A DNA stretch of 63,505 nucleotides, counting the filler, from Octopus bimaculoides (Eukaryota): NCBI RefSeq assembly GCF_001194135.2. It is 5 parts of 4 records of this genome, joined end to end, with 100 filler letters (N's around TTAATTAATTAA, not from the genome) between each part and the next. Parts side by side here need not be neighbours in the genome. Positions count along the whole stretch, not along the records: positions 45,162 to 57,589 come from NC_068986.1; positions 57,690 to 63,505 come from NC_068991.1; 3 more parts are not named here. One strand, written 5' to 3'. The first letter of the stretch is position 1, and every line of letters begins with the position of its first letter. The translations under genes and the position numbers were made by a program. The notes under the pieces are model-generated. The model saw only the letters and a program-made list of their open reading frames with translations. It made no database searches and had not been told where the DNA came from. Shown here in pieces: positions 51,048 through 63,505 of this stretch.

Positions 51048-51745
51048 ATTATCATTATATTAATGATAATAAGACGGCTGATATTATACATAGTACCAGC
51101 TAACAATTTTATTAATGTCAAAAATTCAGTGCATAATTTATTAGGACTTAACCAAGCATAGTATAGAAATATATTCCTGTCTGTTATCTTCATAAATCGC
51201 ACTGGATCATCTTATCCTTAATTTTATTTTAAAACATCTATCATTGTTATGGTTTGTTTCAAAATAATTGACAGTTTTATTTCACTGTTTGGTACAAAAT
51301 CACATCTACATCAGAATCGTATTAATCATTTTATACAGTTCATTGCTACATAATGTATTTGTATCATTTCAGGAGACGATAGCACACCATACACAGAAAA
51401 ACTACTTATGAACCACAAGTAATTATATAAACCATAAGGAAAGCGTCTGCTAACGCTTCATTCCTTTGAAGTGTCAATTATTATCTTTGCTATGTATTTA
51501 TTATCTATTAAACACATTCCATTTCTCCTGTTTTATCATTTGCAATGAATCGCTCTCATCATGTTACCTTGCATATATCTTACACGCTAACATATTTTAG
51601 TGGCTTTAATCGATAATCTACAATCCGTCCTCAACATCGATACTTTAAATGATCTCAGTACCATTTGCTGTTTTAGTTATACGTTATTTTATCTCTCTTT
51701 TTCTGTATTACTAATTACTCCATATTTTAACACAAGTGTAATCTA

Positions 51746-52289
51746 CTAGCTCAAAAGCCGCACTCCATGCGAACGTTTAAGCTAGATCCTGCGGAGAGCT
51801 AACTGCTTCTGCGGCCCAAAACTAAAGACAGCTAAATAGCATGACTATAATGTGTCTATAATGACTATTTGCCCCGCTGTTGTTTGTTCAGAGGTTAAGG
51901 ACAGATGAGAAGTAATTCTGTAAAGCAATCATTCTTTTGTTCCAATCGCAATTGGATTCCAACTGTTGGCCAATTTGCCCCAAAGTTCTTATCTCAACTT
52001 AAAATTAACGAAGCGAATATCATTTATCTTCCCTTTGATTTCTGACGTCATCTGACAAACATCAATCAGGATGGCATGATTCAGTCAAATTTTACCTGCT
52101 AGATGTAGCAACACAGATACTTTTAAACTAGGTCCTAATGCTGGATGTTCAAGAACCAAGGGGAGGGCCGATTTTCAATCCCAGGATCATCCCGATTCCA
52201 AAAAAGGTATATGTCAGTGTAGAGAAAATATAGATTGAGATACAGGGGTCCAAGAGTGACAGACAGAAGTTCGCTTTTATTATTATAGA
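51746..52289 (-). mobile_element. Probable non-autonomous Helitron (~544 bp)
   Basis: On the minus strand: A|TCTATAATAATAAAAGCG at the 5' end; hairpin CGCA-TGGAG-TGCG, a short spacer, then CTAG|T at the 3' end; A^T target, no TSD. Confidence 0.55.
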
Positions 52290-53420
52290 TATTAGCTTTA
52301 TTTCTAGAACGTAATACGATACAAAAACTGGAATTTTAAACTGTATAAAATGCGAAGTGTCAATAAAATGTGTTACTATACTAACAGAAAAGAAATGTTA
52401 GCTTCGATTTAAAATTAGGGTCTTCGCGTTTGATGCATACACCGCCATCTTGATGAAATAATCGTCTGCTTCGTAATCTAAAACAGAATAACAATTTGCT
52501 GTAATATCACAGCAGAGACAGAGACAGGTTGACTCTTACACAAAAGTAAAAACTGAAGATATCCATCGAACCTCGAATTTTAAATCTCTTATTAATTCCC
52601 AAGCTTCATCATTGAATATTCTACTAACTTTATTCACTTTAACTGTCTACATCTCGACTACAAATAACATTGATTATGAATAATGTACAATGAATGGAAC
52701 ATAATATTGATCCAAATATAGATTCAGTTATAAATATAATTCCCACAGATGTAGTAAAGAAAAGACGAAATAGAATTCTTTAAGAAAAACACACAATACA
52801 GATAAACAGTGCTTTTATTTTTCAGCATACACTGCAGATTATTAGTTAAATAATGGAAATATTAACTTCCCGAAACAACGCTGTCTTGTCTTTGCAAGAA
52901 GCTAATAAAGAATATTGTATGATAATAAAACTCTTTCTTTTAAAAGAAATTGTGTATTTCACTTCTACTTTTTACTGCTTCTTAGGAATATATTTCATTC
53001 CGCTGAAATACGTTCACTTTAGAGATATGAAATATTATAATTTCATAAACTTGAGAAATGTGATAGGAATGATAAGTAAACTTGGCCGAATTCTGTGACC
53101 AAGGTGAGATGAATCAGAGGAAAATTTCGGAGCTAAAATAAAGATTCAAAGAGGTTCAATGCCAGCAGCATTCGATTGTAATGTAAACCAGTTTCAAATC
53201 AGAGGGTGTATCCTATCAAACCAATCTATATTCAAAATAGCGGAATATGAATTCTTTTAGAAACAGACTGCAATTCCGAAAAAAACATTACAACTGTCAT
53301 TTGGGCGAATTTTCGCGGGTGTGTCTAAGCGTTTGCTAAATTTACTACATTTACACGAAAACATCTTCCTGTTACAGCATCTCATAATTGACGATCTTGG
53401 AATCATGATTAATCTGGAAT

Positions 53421-53472
<52 letters not shown>

Positions 53473-53800
53473 NNNNNNNNNNNNNNNNNNNNNNNNNNNN
53501 NNNNNNNNNNNNNNNNNNNNNNNNNNNNNNNNNNNNNNNNNNNNNNNNNNNNNNNNNNNNNNNNNNNNNNNNNNNNNNNNNNNNNNNNNNNNNNNNNNNN
53601 NNNNNNNNNNNNNNNNNNNNNNNNNNNNNNNNNNNNNNNNNNNNNNNNNNNNNNNNNNNNNNNNNNNNNNNNNNNNNNNNNNNNNNNNNNNNNNNNNNNN
53701 NNNNNNNNNNNNNNNNNNNNNNNNNNNNNNNNNNNNNNNNNNNNNNNNNNNNNNNNNNNNNNNNNNNNNNNNNNNNNNNNNNNNNNNNNTATATATATAG

Positions 53801-53835
<35 letters not shown>

Positions 53836-54686
53836 TGTATAAACAAAAGGATGATACCGGAAGAAAACAGATGTTATGTAATGAACATCATCACCTTACG
53901 GCTGTTTTTGCTATTAGATGTGGTGGACTGTTAGTTGAGTACCAGGATAACATCATATAGCTTCATTAGAACATTGAATGTGAAGTGTACATTATTTGAG
54001 AAAGTTACATTTTTAGAACATAAAGGCGTTGTGAGTGGGAAGGTCTACGTTAATGGCTATGGAAACTTCTACCCAAAGTTTTTTTAAAAAGTATGCGTAT
54101 ATTCACATGCGCTTAGCTTAGAATGAACAGGGAGATACGTATATAGGTAGGCGTGCACACTCGTTCATAAACATATATACAGACATGGACATGTATACAC
54201 ACACAACCACACACACACACGCACACGCATACACACATACAGATACAAACACACACACATATGTACACACAGACGGCCGTACACAAATATACTCAGACAG
54301 ACAATCACACACAGTGCGGAGACTGGGGACTTTCGTGTATAATTATATATATATATATATATATATATGAGGAAAATAAAACAAGGTAGAAAATACTAAA
54401 ATAGCATTTTAGTACCAGTTTCAGTCTTTGCGACTTTTTCAACTTTTTTATAAATATTTCTATAGTTTTCAAATACAAGGAACATTTTGGTTTTTCTGTC
54501 TGTGTGANNNNNNNNNNNNNNNNNNNNNNNNNNNNNNNNNNNNNNNNNNNNNNNNNNNNNNNNNNNNNNNNNNNNNNNNNNNNNNNNNNNNNNNNNNNNN
54601 NNNNNNNNNNNNNNNNNNNNNNNNNNNNNNNNNNNNNNNNNNNNNNNNNNNNNNNNNNNNNNNNNNNNNNNNNNNNNNNNNNNNNN

Positions 54687-54785
<99 letters not shown>

Positions 54786-54859
54786 AAGAAGAAGAAGAAG
54801 AAGAAGAAGAAAAAGAAGAAGAGGAGGGAGAAGAAAAGGAAGAGGAGAAGGGATAAGAA

Positions 54860-55045
54860 AAATACGGGAGTGGTAAGACTAATAGAATGTTGGTGAAATC
54901 CTCTTAAATGGTCAAGTGACCTAAAAGTGATCTGTTGGGGTTGTAATAGTAGTGATTGGAATTCTTCTGAAGAAACTCATGGGTAGTGACTGTTCTGAAT
55001 ATATCGTTTTTAATACTACTACTACTACTATTACTACTACTACAG

Positions 55046-55105
<60 letters not shown>

Positions 55106-55410
55106 TCCTAAGGCCCTTGTAGTAGTATCATTTATAGTGGACGCATTCGAAAGGGATTTATATTTTGTGATAAAATATGACTCTTTGCTACTGCGCAGAT
55201 TATAAGTTGCATCGTCCCTGAATTTATAGAGGGGAAAAATTCTGAAGTTTAGCTTTTCGTTAGTGTCGCAAATGTAGATGTGTTCGCTGAATGCTATTTT
55301 TCTGTATTCTCGAATTTTGATCTGGGATCTATGTTGAGTCATCCTTTGACGTAGACTGCTTTTGGTTTGGCCTATGTATTGCTCTCGACACCCCGAGTAA
55401 GTTAATACAT
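54860..55410 (-). mobile_element. PLE 3' fragment (GIY-YIG) ending in (TTC)n(TTA)n
   Basis: YVLTYSGCREQYIGQTKSSLRQRMTQHRSQIKIREYRKIAFSEHI...KESYFITKYKSLSN; microsatellite at 54688-54860. Confidence 0.85.
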
Positions 55411-55424
55411 ATTTTAGGTTTTCC

Positions 55425-55947
55425 GAAGCACATGTGAAGTTGTTCCATTATGATTTTATTAAACCTGGCTCCTCAATCACGGCCGAAGTATACTGCAGCC
55501 AACTGGACCAAATGATGCAGAAACTTACAAAAAGAATAACCTAGATTAGTCAACAGATTCACGCCTATTTTATTGCAAGGCAACACCAGACCACGCATCG
55601 CAAAAATGATGTTGGCGAAACTACAGGAGTTGGAGTTGGAAGTTCTCCATCATCCACCATGCTCACCTGATTTTGCTACCACTGACTACCACTTCTTCCA
55701 GAATTTGGATAATTTTTCATAGGAAAAATATTTAATTCCGATTATGCTGTAAAACAGGCCTTCCAAGATTTTATTGACTCTAGATAGCCAGGTTTTTACA
55801 GTCCTGAGCTGGACAAGCTACCGCTGAAATGGCTAAAGTGTATTGACAATATGGGTGCATTCTTTGATGAATAAAACTATTACTTGTATTTATAAAATAT
55901 TAGCAAACATTTTCTTTTCTACAAATTTCATACTTGACGACCTAACA
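55425..55947 (+). mobile_element. Mariner transposase C-terminal half and right TIR
   Basis: ITAEVYCSQLDQM, LLQGNTRPH, LEVLHHPPCSPDFATTDYHFFQNLDNF and LPLKWLKCIDNMGAFFDE*. Confidence 0.85.
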
Positions 55948-56339
55948 ATTACTTTAAATACATAGTATTTTTTAATCATCAAATTGTTCTTCTTGTGGGA
56001 ATACAATATTCTCTGGGGTTTTTTTCTCTGTCAGTAGCTTAACAAAATAGTAAATGTAACATTTCTTGAATTTGCAAGCTATGTACAAAACTGTGGTATA
56101 CAACCTGGAACATTCATTAACTTTTATATATTAAGATACGTTCAGATTTATAAAGTCGGCAGTAAACTATCAAATAATAAATGAAATATCAACGAAACAC
56201 GAGAAATTGCAATTTATTATCATGGAGGAAAAAGTAAAATAATTGAAAAGTAAAGACAGCAAAAGCACCAAGAAATAAGATTTAATAAAAGAAGAACATC
56301 AGTAATAAGGATGATAGTAACACTGATTTATAGGAACAT

Positions 56340-56620
56340 AACAAAAAGGATTATCCTGATTATTTATGGAATGAAACGAAGAACATGCTACTACATAAAA
56401 AGAGAGATAAGAAAGACAAAAAGTTATAATCACTAGTGTCCAAACTTTTCGTTGGAATTATGCAAAAGAAAAACAAAAGTGGAGACTTAGACGAAAAGAC
56501 AACAGATTGTAGAAAGGAATTGTCCACAACAGATCACATTCACTCACTAAACAAATTAAGAGAAATATCAGATGAATACCAGGAAGAGTTTAGTATAATC
56601 TAGATAGACTAGCCTTTGTC
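56340..56620 (+). mobile_element. Old RTE RT fragment
   Basis: WNETKNMLLHKKRDKKDKK and RKELSTTDHIHSLNKLREISDEYQ (cf. W....ILLHKKGD..D; GFR.G.ST.DH). Confidence 0.65.
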
Positions 56621-56754
56621 AGAAGGAAAAAGAGGATGCTGTTGTGCTAGTATCTTTGCTCAGAGATACTTATAATTATAAGCATAATTATAAACACACA
56701 CTCTCTCTTTATATGTATGTGTGTGTCTGTATGCATGTGTGTCTGTGTGTGTTA

Positions 56755-56981
56755 ATTGTTTCAGTCATTAGACTGCAGCGATGTTTGGGTACAAGTTTGA
56801 AGAATTTTTACTCAAATGTATCGATCCCAGTATTTCCTTTTTTAAAAGCTTTTACTTATTCTATCGTTCTCTCTTGGACGACCGCTAAGTTACGGGGACT
56901 TAAACACACCAGCATCGGTTGTCAAGTGATGATGGGAGGACAAATACAAATACACACACACGCACACACATCACACACACT

Positions 56982-57052
<71 letters not shown>

Positions 57053-57225
57053 CATAAATATGACAGGCTTCTTTCAGTTTCCGTCTAGCAAACACATTGA
57101 GAAGGCTTTTGTCGGCCTGAGGCTACAGTAGAAGACATATGCACAAGGCACTACGCAGCGGGAATGAACCGGGAACCATGTTGTTGGGAAGGAAGCCTCT
57201 TACTACACAGTTATGCCTGCACCTT
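56755..57225 (-). mobile_element. Full-length tRNA-SINE
   Basis: Tail, ccgctaagttacgggga, (CA)n, ttctttcagtttccgtc, gaaccgggaaccatg, head atgcctgcacct. Confidence 0.85.
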
Positions 57226-57399
57226 TCCTTACTTCCCTGACCGCCTGCTTATACTTCACATGTAGCACCTACTCGCATTGTTGTCTTTCTGTTTATCTGT
57301 TCCTCGTTTTTTTTATTTACTATATACTTAAAATGTTTGAGGCACCAGAATTTGGTAGGGTAAAAACCCAAAACAAAATCAAGAGATTTGGTGAATAAA

Positions 57400-57575
57400 A
57401 TTTGAAGAAAAGCAACAAAAATTCATTAGGTTATAGCAGTACGTACGTTTCGTACAAACTTCATTTATTCATGTAGTGAGAACACCACATAAGATGTGCT
57501 ACATAAATAAATAAAGTTTGTACGAAACCTACGTACTGCTATAACGTAATGAATTGTTGTTGCTTTTCTTCAAAT
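57400..57575. repeat. ~176-bp palindrome
   Basis: 57400-57476 pairs with 57499-57575; the 22-nt loop has its own cacat/atgtg stem. Confidence 0.85.
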
Positions 57576-57689
57576 ATATATATATATGTNNNNNNNNNNN
57601 NNNNNNNNNNNNNNNNNNNNNNNNNNNNNNNNNTTAATTAATTAANNNNNNNNNNNNNNNNNNNNNNNNNNNNNNNNNNNNNNNNNNNN

Positions 57690-57760
<71 letters not shown>

Positions 57761-58619
57761 GTTTGTGTGTGTTATATTCTCTTTGCAGAAGTGGATTGTC
57801 GTAGTATTGTTGTATTGTCAAACTAGTTAATAACATCATATTTTCCTCACAGAAAGCCAAAGTGCTCGCCTGGCTTTTTACCTCGACTATAGTTATTCGT
57901 AATCTGTCGCACCATCACTCCGGACAACGCAGTACGTTTTGTGTTTTCCTTCTATGATTGTAACCATTTAGATTTCTCTGCATAGCCATTGTTTTAACTA
58001 CAAAGATTTATCAACGAATGTCGAAACTGAATGTCAACAGGTTCAGTCTCATTCGGCTAGATTTCCCTTTTTTTCTCAAACTGACTGGTTACAATCAGTA
58101 ATTCAAAAACAGAAAATAATTCTCAAACGACTATAATGGGGATAAAAAGATAAAATGAATCGGTAGACATCAAAGATAAGTAAACAGATGAAAAGGAATG
58201 ATAGGCTGCAAAGATGCCTGAAAATATTATAAAAACTGGCGGACTTCAAAGATGGTTAAATATGAAAATGAACGATAAATTGAAAATTGAATTATAAAGA
58301 TCAAAAGTGCTGATACGCGTAGTGTTACTCTTTTAAGATTACCTGAGATCCAGCAACATTATACGCAGTTCACAGTTTTTGCTTGTTTTGTTATAAAGTG
58401 TTTCTTTTTCTTTCTTGAAAATGTTAAATTTTTCAATGGTACGTTGTTGTCGTGTCATTCCAGTTCAATCTGAACAAACATACATGAACCAAATCATTCC
58501 AGTGTAGCCATTTATGTTTGGATGACAGATATGCTCCACGATATACTTCTTTAATTTTGTCATACAGTTTACAATGCTCAGACGAGGAGAGGTTAATCAA
58601 AAAAGGCCCAATTTGCTAA

Positions 58620-59000
58620 TGTGAATACTGTTTTCGTATCTAACTTCATTTATGATCATACATGTTGGGTAATAATCGAAAGTCTACGTTTGCGAATACA
58701 TGCACCTGAAGTTGGATTCTTCATGAAGGAGCTCTGGAGTGACGGTTACTCGATAGGGTGCATAGTTCGGAGATCAGGGAGTCTTTTCATGTCGAGCCGC
58801 TACATCTCTACGTTGAAAGGTCACAACTCCAGTTCTACAGACATGTGATTAGATTGTCGCAGTAAAGAATCGTAAGGTGTATTCTTCAAGCCGAGTCAAC
58901 TGACAGGAGACCAAACAGTAGACGAAGAGCTGATAGTTGGGTAATATCCATAGTCTTAGGTGGTCACGCTTGGGAATACAACCGGAAAGTGTAATGACGG
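58620..59000 (+). mobile_element. RTE-like LINE C-terminal fragment
   Basis: RIHAPEVGFF and DRVHSSEIRESFHVEPLHLYVERSQLQFYRHVIRLSQ*RIVRCILQAESTDRRP. Confidence 0.75.
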
Positions 59001-61504
59001 TTGCTTTTGATAGGATCCTGGAGAAGAGGTTCCTGAAGATTCTATCCCCATAACACTTCCAGGAATAGTAGACAGAAAAGACAGATAGGTGGACTATACG
59101 ATCTAAATCCTATTGAGAAGTCGAGTGTAAGTTGCACTTACTCTTTGCTACAATTAAAGTGGTTCAATAAACGAAATCAAAGAAACTGCTCTAAAATCTT
59201 TAGGCTTTTTCTTGTATCTATGAAAGGACAGTATATACTGAAAAAGGATGCAAACATTGGTCTTGTGATAACATGGAATGTTGTAGATGGTCTGAACGTC
59301 ATCTAGACCTGATTGTTATCAGATCATCTTAAGAGAGGCTGGATCGAACAATTATTCTGTCAATGCTATTGTACCGTTTCACTGTGTGGATATTCTCCAA
59401 AATCCTCAGGCAAATCTTGATGGTGATTACATCAACCAGTTATGTACAGTTCAAAATATTTCCTCAGAAAGCATCGTACTTGCAGCCACTGATACAAAGA
59501 GAGCAAGAGTGAGTGGGATTGTGAGAGAGAGTGAGTGAGATTGCGAGAGAGAGAGAGAGAGAGAGCGTTGAGTTATGCAGGCATTTGCTGATGAGCTGAG
59601 CGAAAACTCATTACTTTTACTCTGATACGGATGTATTGTCATGGACAAATATGCGTGCCAGATGATTCGTTCCGCAAACCTCTTCATCAACTAATGCTAT
59701 ACAGATACTGGATATCGCCCTGATCTCACACCAAACGTAATATAGAATCATGATAGATACTACGATCAGTTCGAACAAATCCAAGAAAGATCACATAATG
59801 TCTGTGTGAATATAATTATATAAATATATACATAAATACACATACACATATGTAAGTATATATATATATACATACATACATATATATATANNNNNNNNNN
59901 NNNNNNNNNNNNNNNNNNNNNNNNNNNNNNNNNNNNNNNNNNNNNNNNNNNNNNNNNNNNNNNNNNNNNNNNNNNNNNNNNNNNNNNNNNNNNNNNNNNN
60001 NNNNNNNNNNNNNNNNNNNNNNNNNNNNNNNNNNNNNNNNNNNNNNNNNNNNNNNNNNNNNNNNNNNNNNNNNNNNNNNNNNNNNNNNNNNNNNNNNNNN
60101 NNNNNNNNNNNNNNNNNNNNNNNNNNNNNNNNNNNNNNNNNNNNNNNNNNNNNNNNNNNNNNNNNNNNNNNNNNNNNNNNNNNNNNNNNNNNNNNNNNNN
60201 NNNNNNNNNNNNNNNNNNNNNNNNNNNNNNNNNNNNNNNNNNNNNNNNNNNNNNNNNNNNNNNNNNNNNNNNNNNNNNNNNNNNNNNNNNNNNNNNNNNN
60301 NNNNNNNNNNNNNNNNNNNNNNNNNNNNNNNNNNNNNNNNNNNNNNNNNNNNNNNNNNNNNNNNNNNNNNNNNNNNNNNNNNNNNNNNNNNNNNNNNNNN
60401 NNNNNNNNNNNNNNNNNNNNNNNNNNNNNNNNNNNNNNNNNNNNNNNNNNNNNNNNNNNNNNNNNNNNNNNNNNNNNNNNNNNNNNNNNNNNNNNNNNNN
60501 ATATATATATATATATATACGTACATATTGTATTTATATATTGGAAGACATGAACCACTTACTCACTAATTGCAGCTGCGAAAACGAAAGCCTAGGTAAG
60601 TGGCTAATAACATGTAAACAGTTTTAAGTTCATTATATATTGTTATTTGTCTAAAAGATTTTCTTGTTCAATAGGGTCACTGCGTTCATCAACAGAACTG
60701 TAGTCGTACGTAGAACAAATGTTTTCAATGCATGCTAGTTTTCATGTAACTTTGGATGTATGTATGTATGTATGTTTGTATATATATATGTATGTATGTT
60801 TGTTTGTATGTATGTATGTATGTATGTATGTATGTATGTATGTATGTATGCGTGTGTGTGTAAGAGAGAGTGTGTGTGTGTATGTATTTGTGTACGCATG
60901 TATTTGCAGATTTGTATGTTTTACGCGTGTATTCTCATGCATATAGATTCTATTTAGACAAGCTTATATGTACATATGTATGTCTGTATGTATGTATGTA
61001 TGTATGTATGTATATATGTATATATGTATGTATATATGTATGTATGTATGCATGTATGAATGTATGTGTGAATGTGTGTATGTATATATGTATGTATGTA
61101 TGTATGTATGGCATTATTCACTTTCTTTCAAGATNNNNNNNNNNNNNNNNNNNNNNNNNNNNNNNNNNNNNNNNNNNNNNNNNNNNNNNNNNNNNNNNNN
61201 NNNNNNNNNNNNNNNNNNNNNNNNNNNNNNNNNNNNNNNNNNNNNNNNNNNNNNNNNNNNNNNNNNNNNNNNNNNNNNTATGTATGTATGTATGTATGTA
61301 TGTATGTATGTATGTATGTATGTATGTATGTGTGTGTGTATGTATGTATGTATGTATGTATGTATGTATGTATGTATGCATGTATGTATGTATGTATTTG
61401 TATATGTATGTATGTGCAGATTTGTATGTTTTATGTATGTATCCTCATGTATATAGTTGCATATCTAGACATGCTCATATATACGTATATATGTATGTAT
61501 ATCA

Positions 61505-61966
61505 TTATTCAGTTTATTTCAAGATTTCTTATCAATAGAGAAAGAGCCTGTTTCTAACCTAGATCCAAGGCACCGTCATTGGAATTTCAACATCACCAAC
61601 AGGGTATTTTTGTATGTATGTATGTATGTATATATGTATGTATGTATGCATGTACGTACGTATGAATGTATGTTTTATGCATGTATTCTCATGCATAGAG
61701 TTACATATCTAGACATGCTCATGTACATTTGAATGATAGACTTCTGGAAAGTTTTACAGATTTTACAGTTCCAGTGATGGATTGAATCTGTAGTCTTCGA
61801 ATTAGCTTTCTCCTTTCTGGTTTTGAGAAGCCTAATTTCTCAAGATTGCTATTTAGACATATCCCAAGGCTCCAAGAATTACAGGTATAAACCTGAACTT
61901 GTAATCTCGATGGAGTAACTGCAGATTTCTCAATAGTTCAGCATAGGTGTTCTCTTTTTCATTAAT
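61505..61966 (-). mobile_element. 5'-truncated R4/Dong-like element with (TATG)n in its 3' UTR
   Basis: NEKENTYAELLRNLQLLHRDYKFRFIPVILGALGYV and NLEKLGFSKPERRKLIRRLQIQSITGTVKICKTFQKFII*; 3' end aagaaatcttgaaataaactgaataatg. Confidence 0.8.
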
Positions 61967-62171
61967 GCATGTATGTATGTACGTATGTATGTACGTATGT
62001 ATGTATGTATATATGTATGTATGTGTATGTATGTATGTATGTATGTATGTATGTATGTATGTATGTATGTATGTGCAATATCTGCATGCATGAGTGTGCG
62101 TATGTGTGACTGTCTCTCTCTCTCTTTCTCTTTCTCTCTCTCTATACATATATATACACATGCATATACAT

Positions 62172-62253
62172 AAAGGCGTAGGGTTGATTGTGTGACAAGA
62201 AGCCGACTAAAGCCTTGTGAGTGGATTTGATAGACAGAAACTGAAAGAAGCCC
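62172..62253 (+). mobile_element. Internally deleted SINE
   Basis: Head aaggcgtagggttgattgtgtgacaagaag joined directly to ccgactaaagccttgtgagtggatttg. Confidence 0.6.
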
Positions 62254-62433
62254 CAATCGAACCTATCGCCGCGTAGAAATACTGGGGTGGATACGCTTGA
62301 GTAAACCACTCAAGATGGAAACCTATCAAAGTGAAAGTCTAATGAGAGAAACAAATATGACTAAACTAATTAAACGACATCTATGAGTATATGCACGCAT
62401 ACATATTTGTGTGTATTTGTCCATTTATATATC

Positions 62434-62495
<62 letters not shown>

Positions 62496-62616
62496 AATCT
62501 ATCTATCTATCTATCAGTCTGTCTGTCTGTCTATCTATCTATTTATCTATCTTTGTATCTATCTATACATACGTATACGTATATATATTATAATATAAAC
62601 ACGCACACATATATAA

Positions 62617-62696
<80 letters not shown>

Positions 62697-63124
62697 TATG
62701 TACAATGCATGCAAAGTCAACAGTGATTATATTTCGAAAACACAGCTTCGTTGGATCATACTATTGGTCCATTTTACACCATAATTTAGTTTTTTCGCGC
62801 GCGCGCACAGACAGACAGACAGACAGACAGACTCACACACACCTATGTATATGTGCATGTATTTGTGTTTGAGTCTATTGATGAGTGGACAGTTGTATTT
62901 ACTTACGCATCTCTCTCACTCTCTTTCTCTCTCTCTCTATACATACATATATATATATAAATCTGAATATGAAAATAGTGGAACATAACGAAATAAAAAC
63001 ATTTCACTATATTCTGTTCAATATATATATTCGAGGAAGAAATCAATACCACTCAGTTTTATTTTATACGAATAAGTAACATGTATACTTGTATTTATGT
63101 ATGCATGTAGTAGGCATTATATTT

Positions 63125-63200
63125 TTCAATTTTATTTCTAGATTTCTTGCCAATGGAGAAAGAGCCGGCTTATAACCGACAGCTAAGGCACCTTTTACGA
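63125..63200 (-). mobile_element. R4-like 3' terminus
   Basis: gatttcttgccaatggagaaagagccggcttataacc...aaggcacc is homologous to 61520-61575. Confidence 0.55.
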
Positions 63201-63505
63201 ATAGAAAAGGAGAGCATGGGCATAAAGACGACATGAACTGCGGAGACCACAGAGCCCCAACTGAGTAGACGTGTGTTGTTTTGTTTGTCGCTTTGTCGCT
63301 GTCAGTATATATACATATATATGTATACATGCATATCTACGTATATATGTATGTATGCTTTACATGTATGAGTGTATATTTCGTCTTTTTATTTGGTTTC
63401 CAAGATTCTTGATGTGAATCCGTTTGTCGAAACAAATATGTCTTGGGAGGATCATTAGACCATTAATGATCACAATAAAGAAATGATGTTGAACCATCGC
63501 GTGGG

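Overview
AT-rich, microsatellite-dense animal genomic DNA with many N gaps. The SINE families and repeat landscape look like an octopus/coleoid draft assembly (inference, not a database match). Host coding content is small. At the left edge is a 44-bp plus-strand terminal exon ending ...RGEDDDGWTTVRY*, matching the eIF3a C-terminus. Convergent with it are the last two exons (15386-15545, 10119-10570) of an unidentified minus-strand gene; one more well-bounded candidate exon lies at 47048-47102. Most of the rest is decayed transposons: Penelope-like elements (PLE), R4/Dong- and HERO-type RLE retrotransposons, RTE, CR1, L2 and possibly Tx1 LINEs, mariner/maT elements and MITEs, a probable non-autonomous Helitron, and many tRNA-derived SINEs. 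Two patterns stand out. (1) Head-to-head palindromes carry outward-facing minimal hammerhead-ribozyme motifs; one is a tRNA-headed SINE with a PLE-type hammerhead tail, inserted as a single TSD-flanked unit. (2) A same-strand stack of R4-type elements and an unclassified ~550-bp non-coding element sits inside (TAA)n microsatellite. All translations and alignments were done by eye, and repeat boundaries are approximate.
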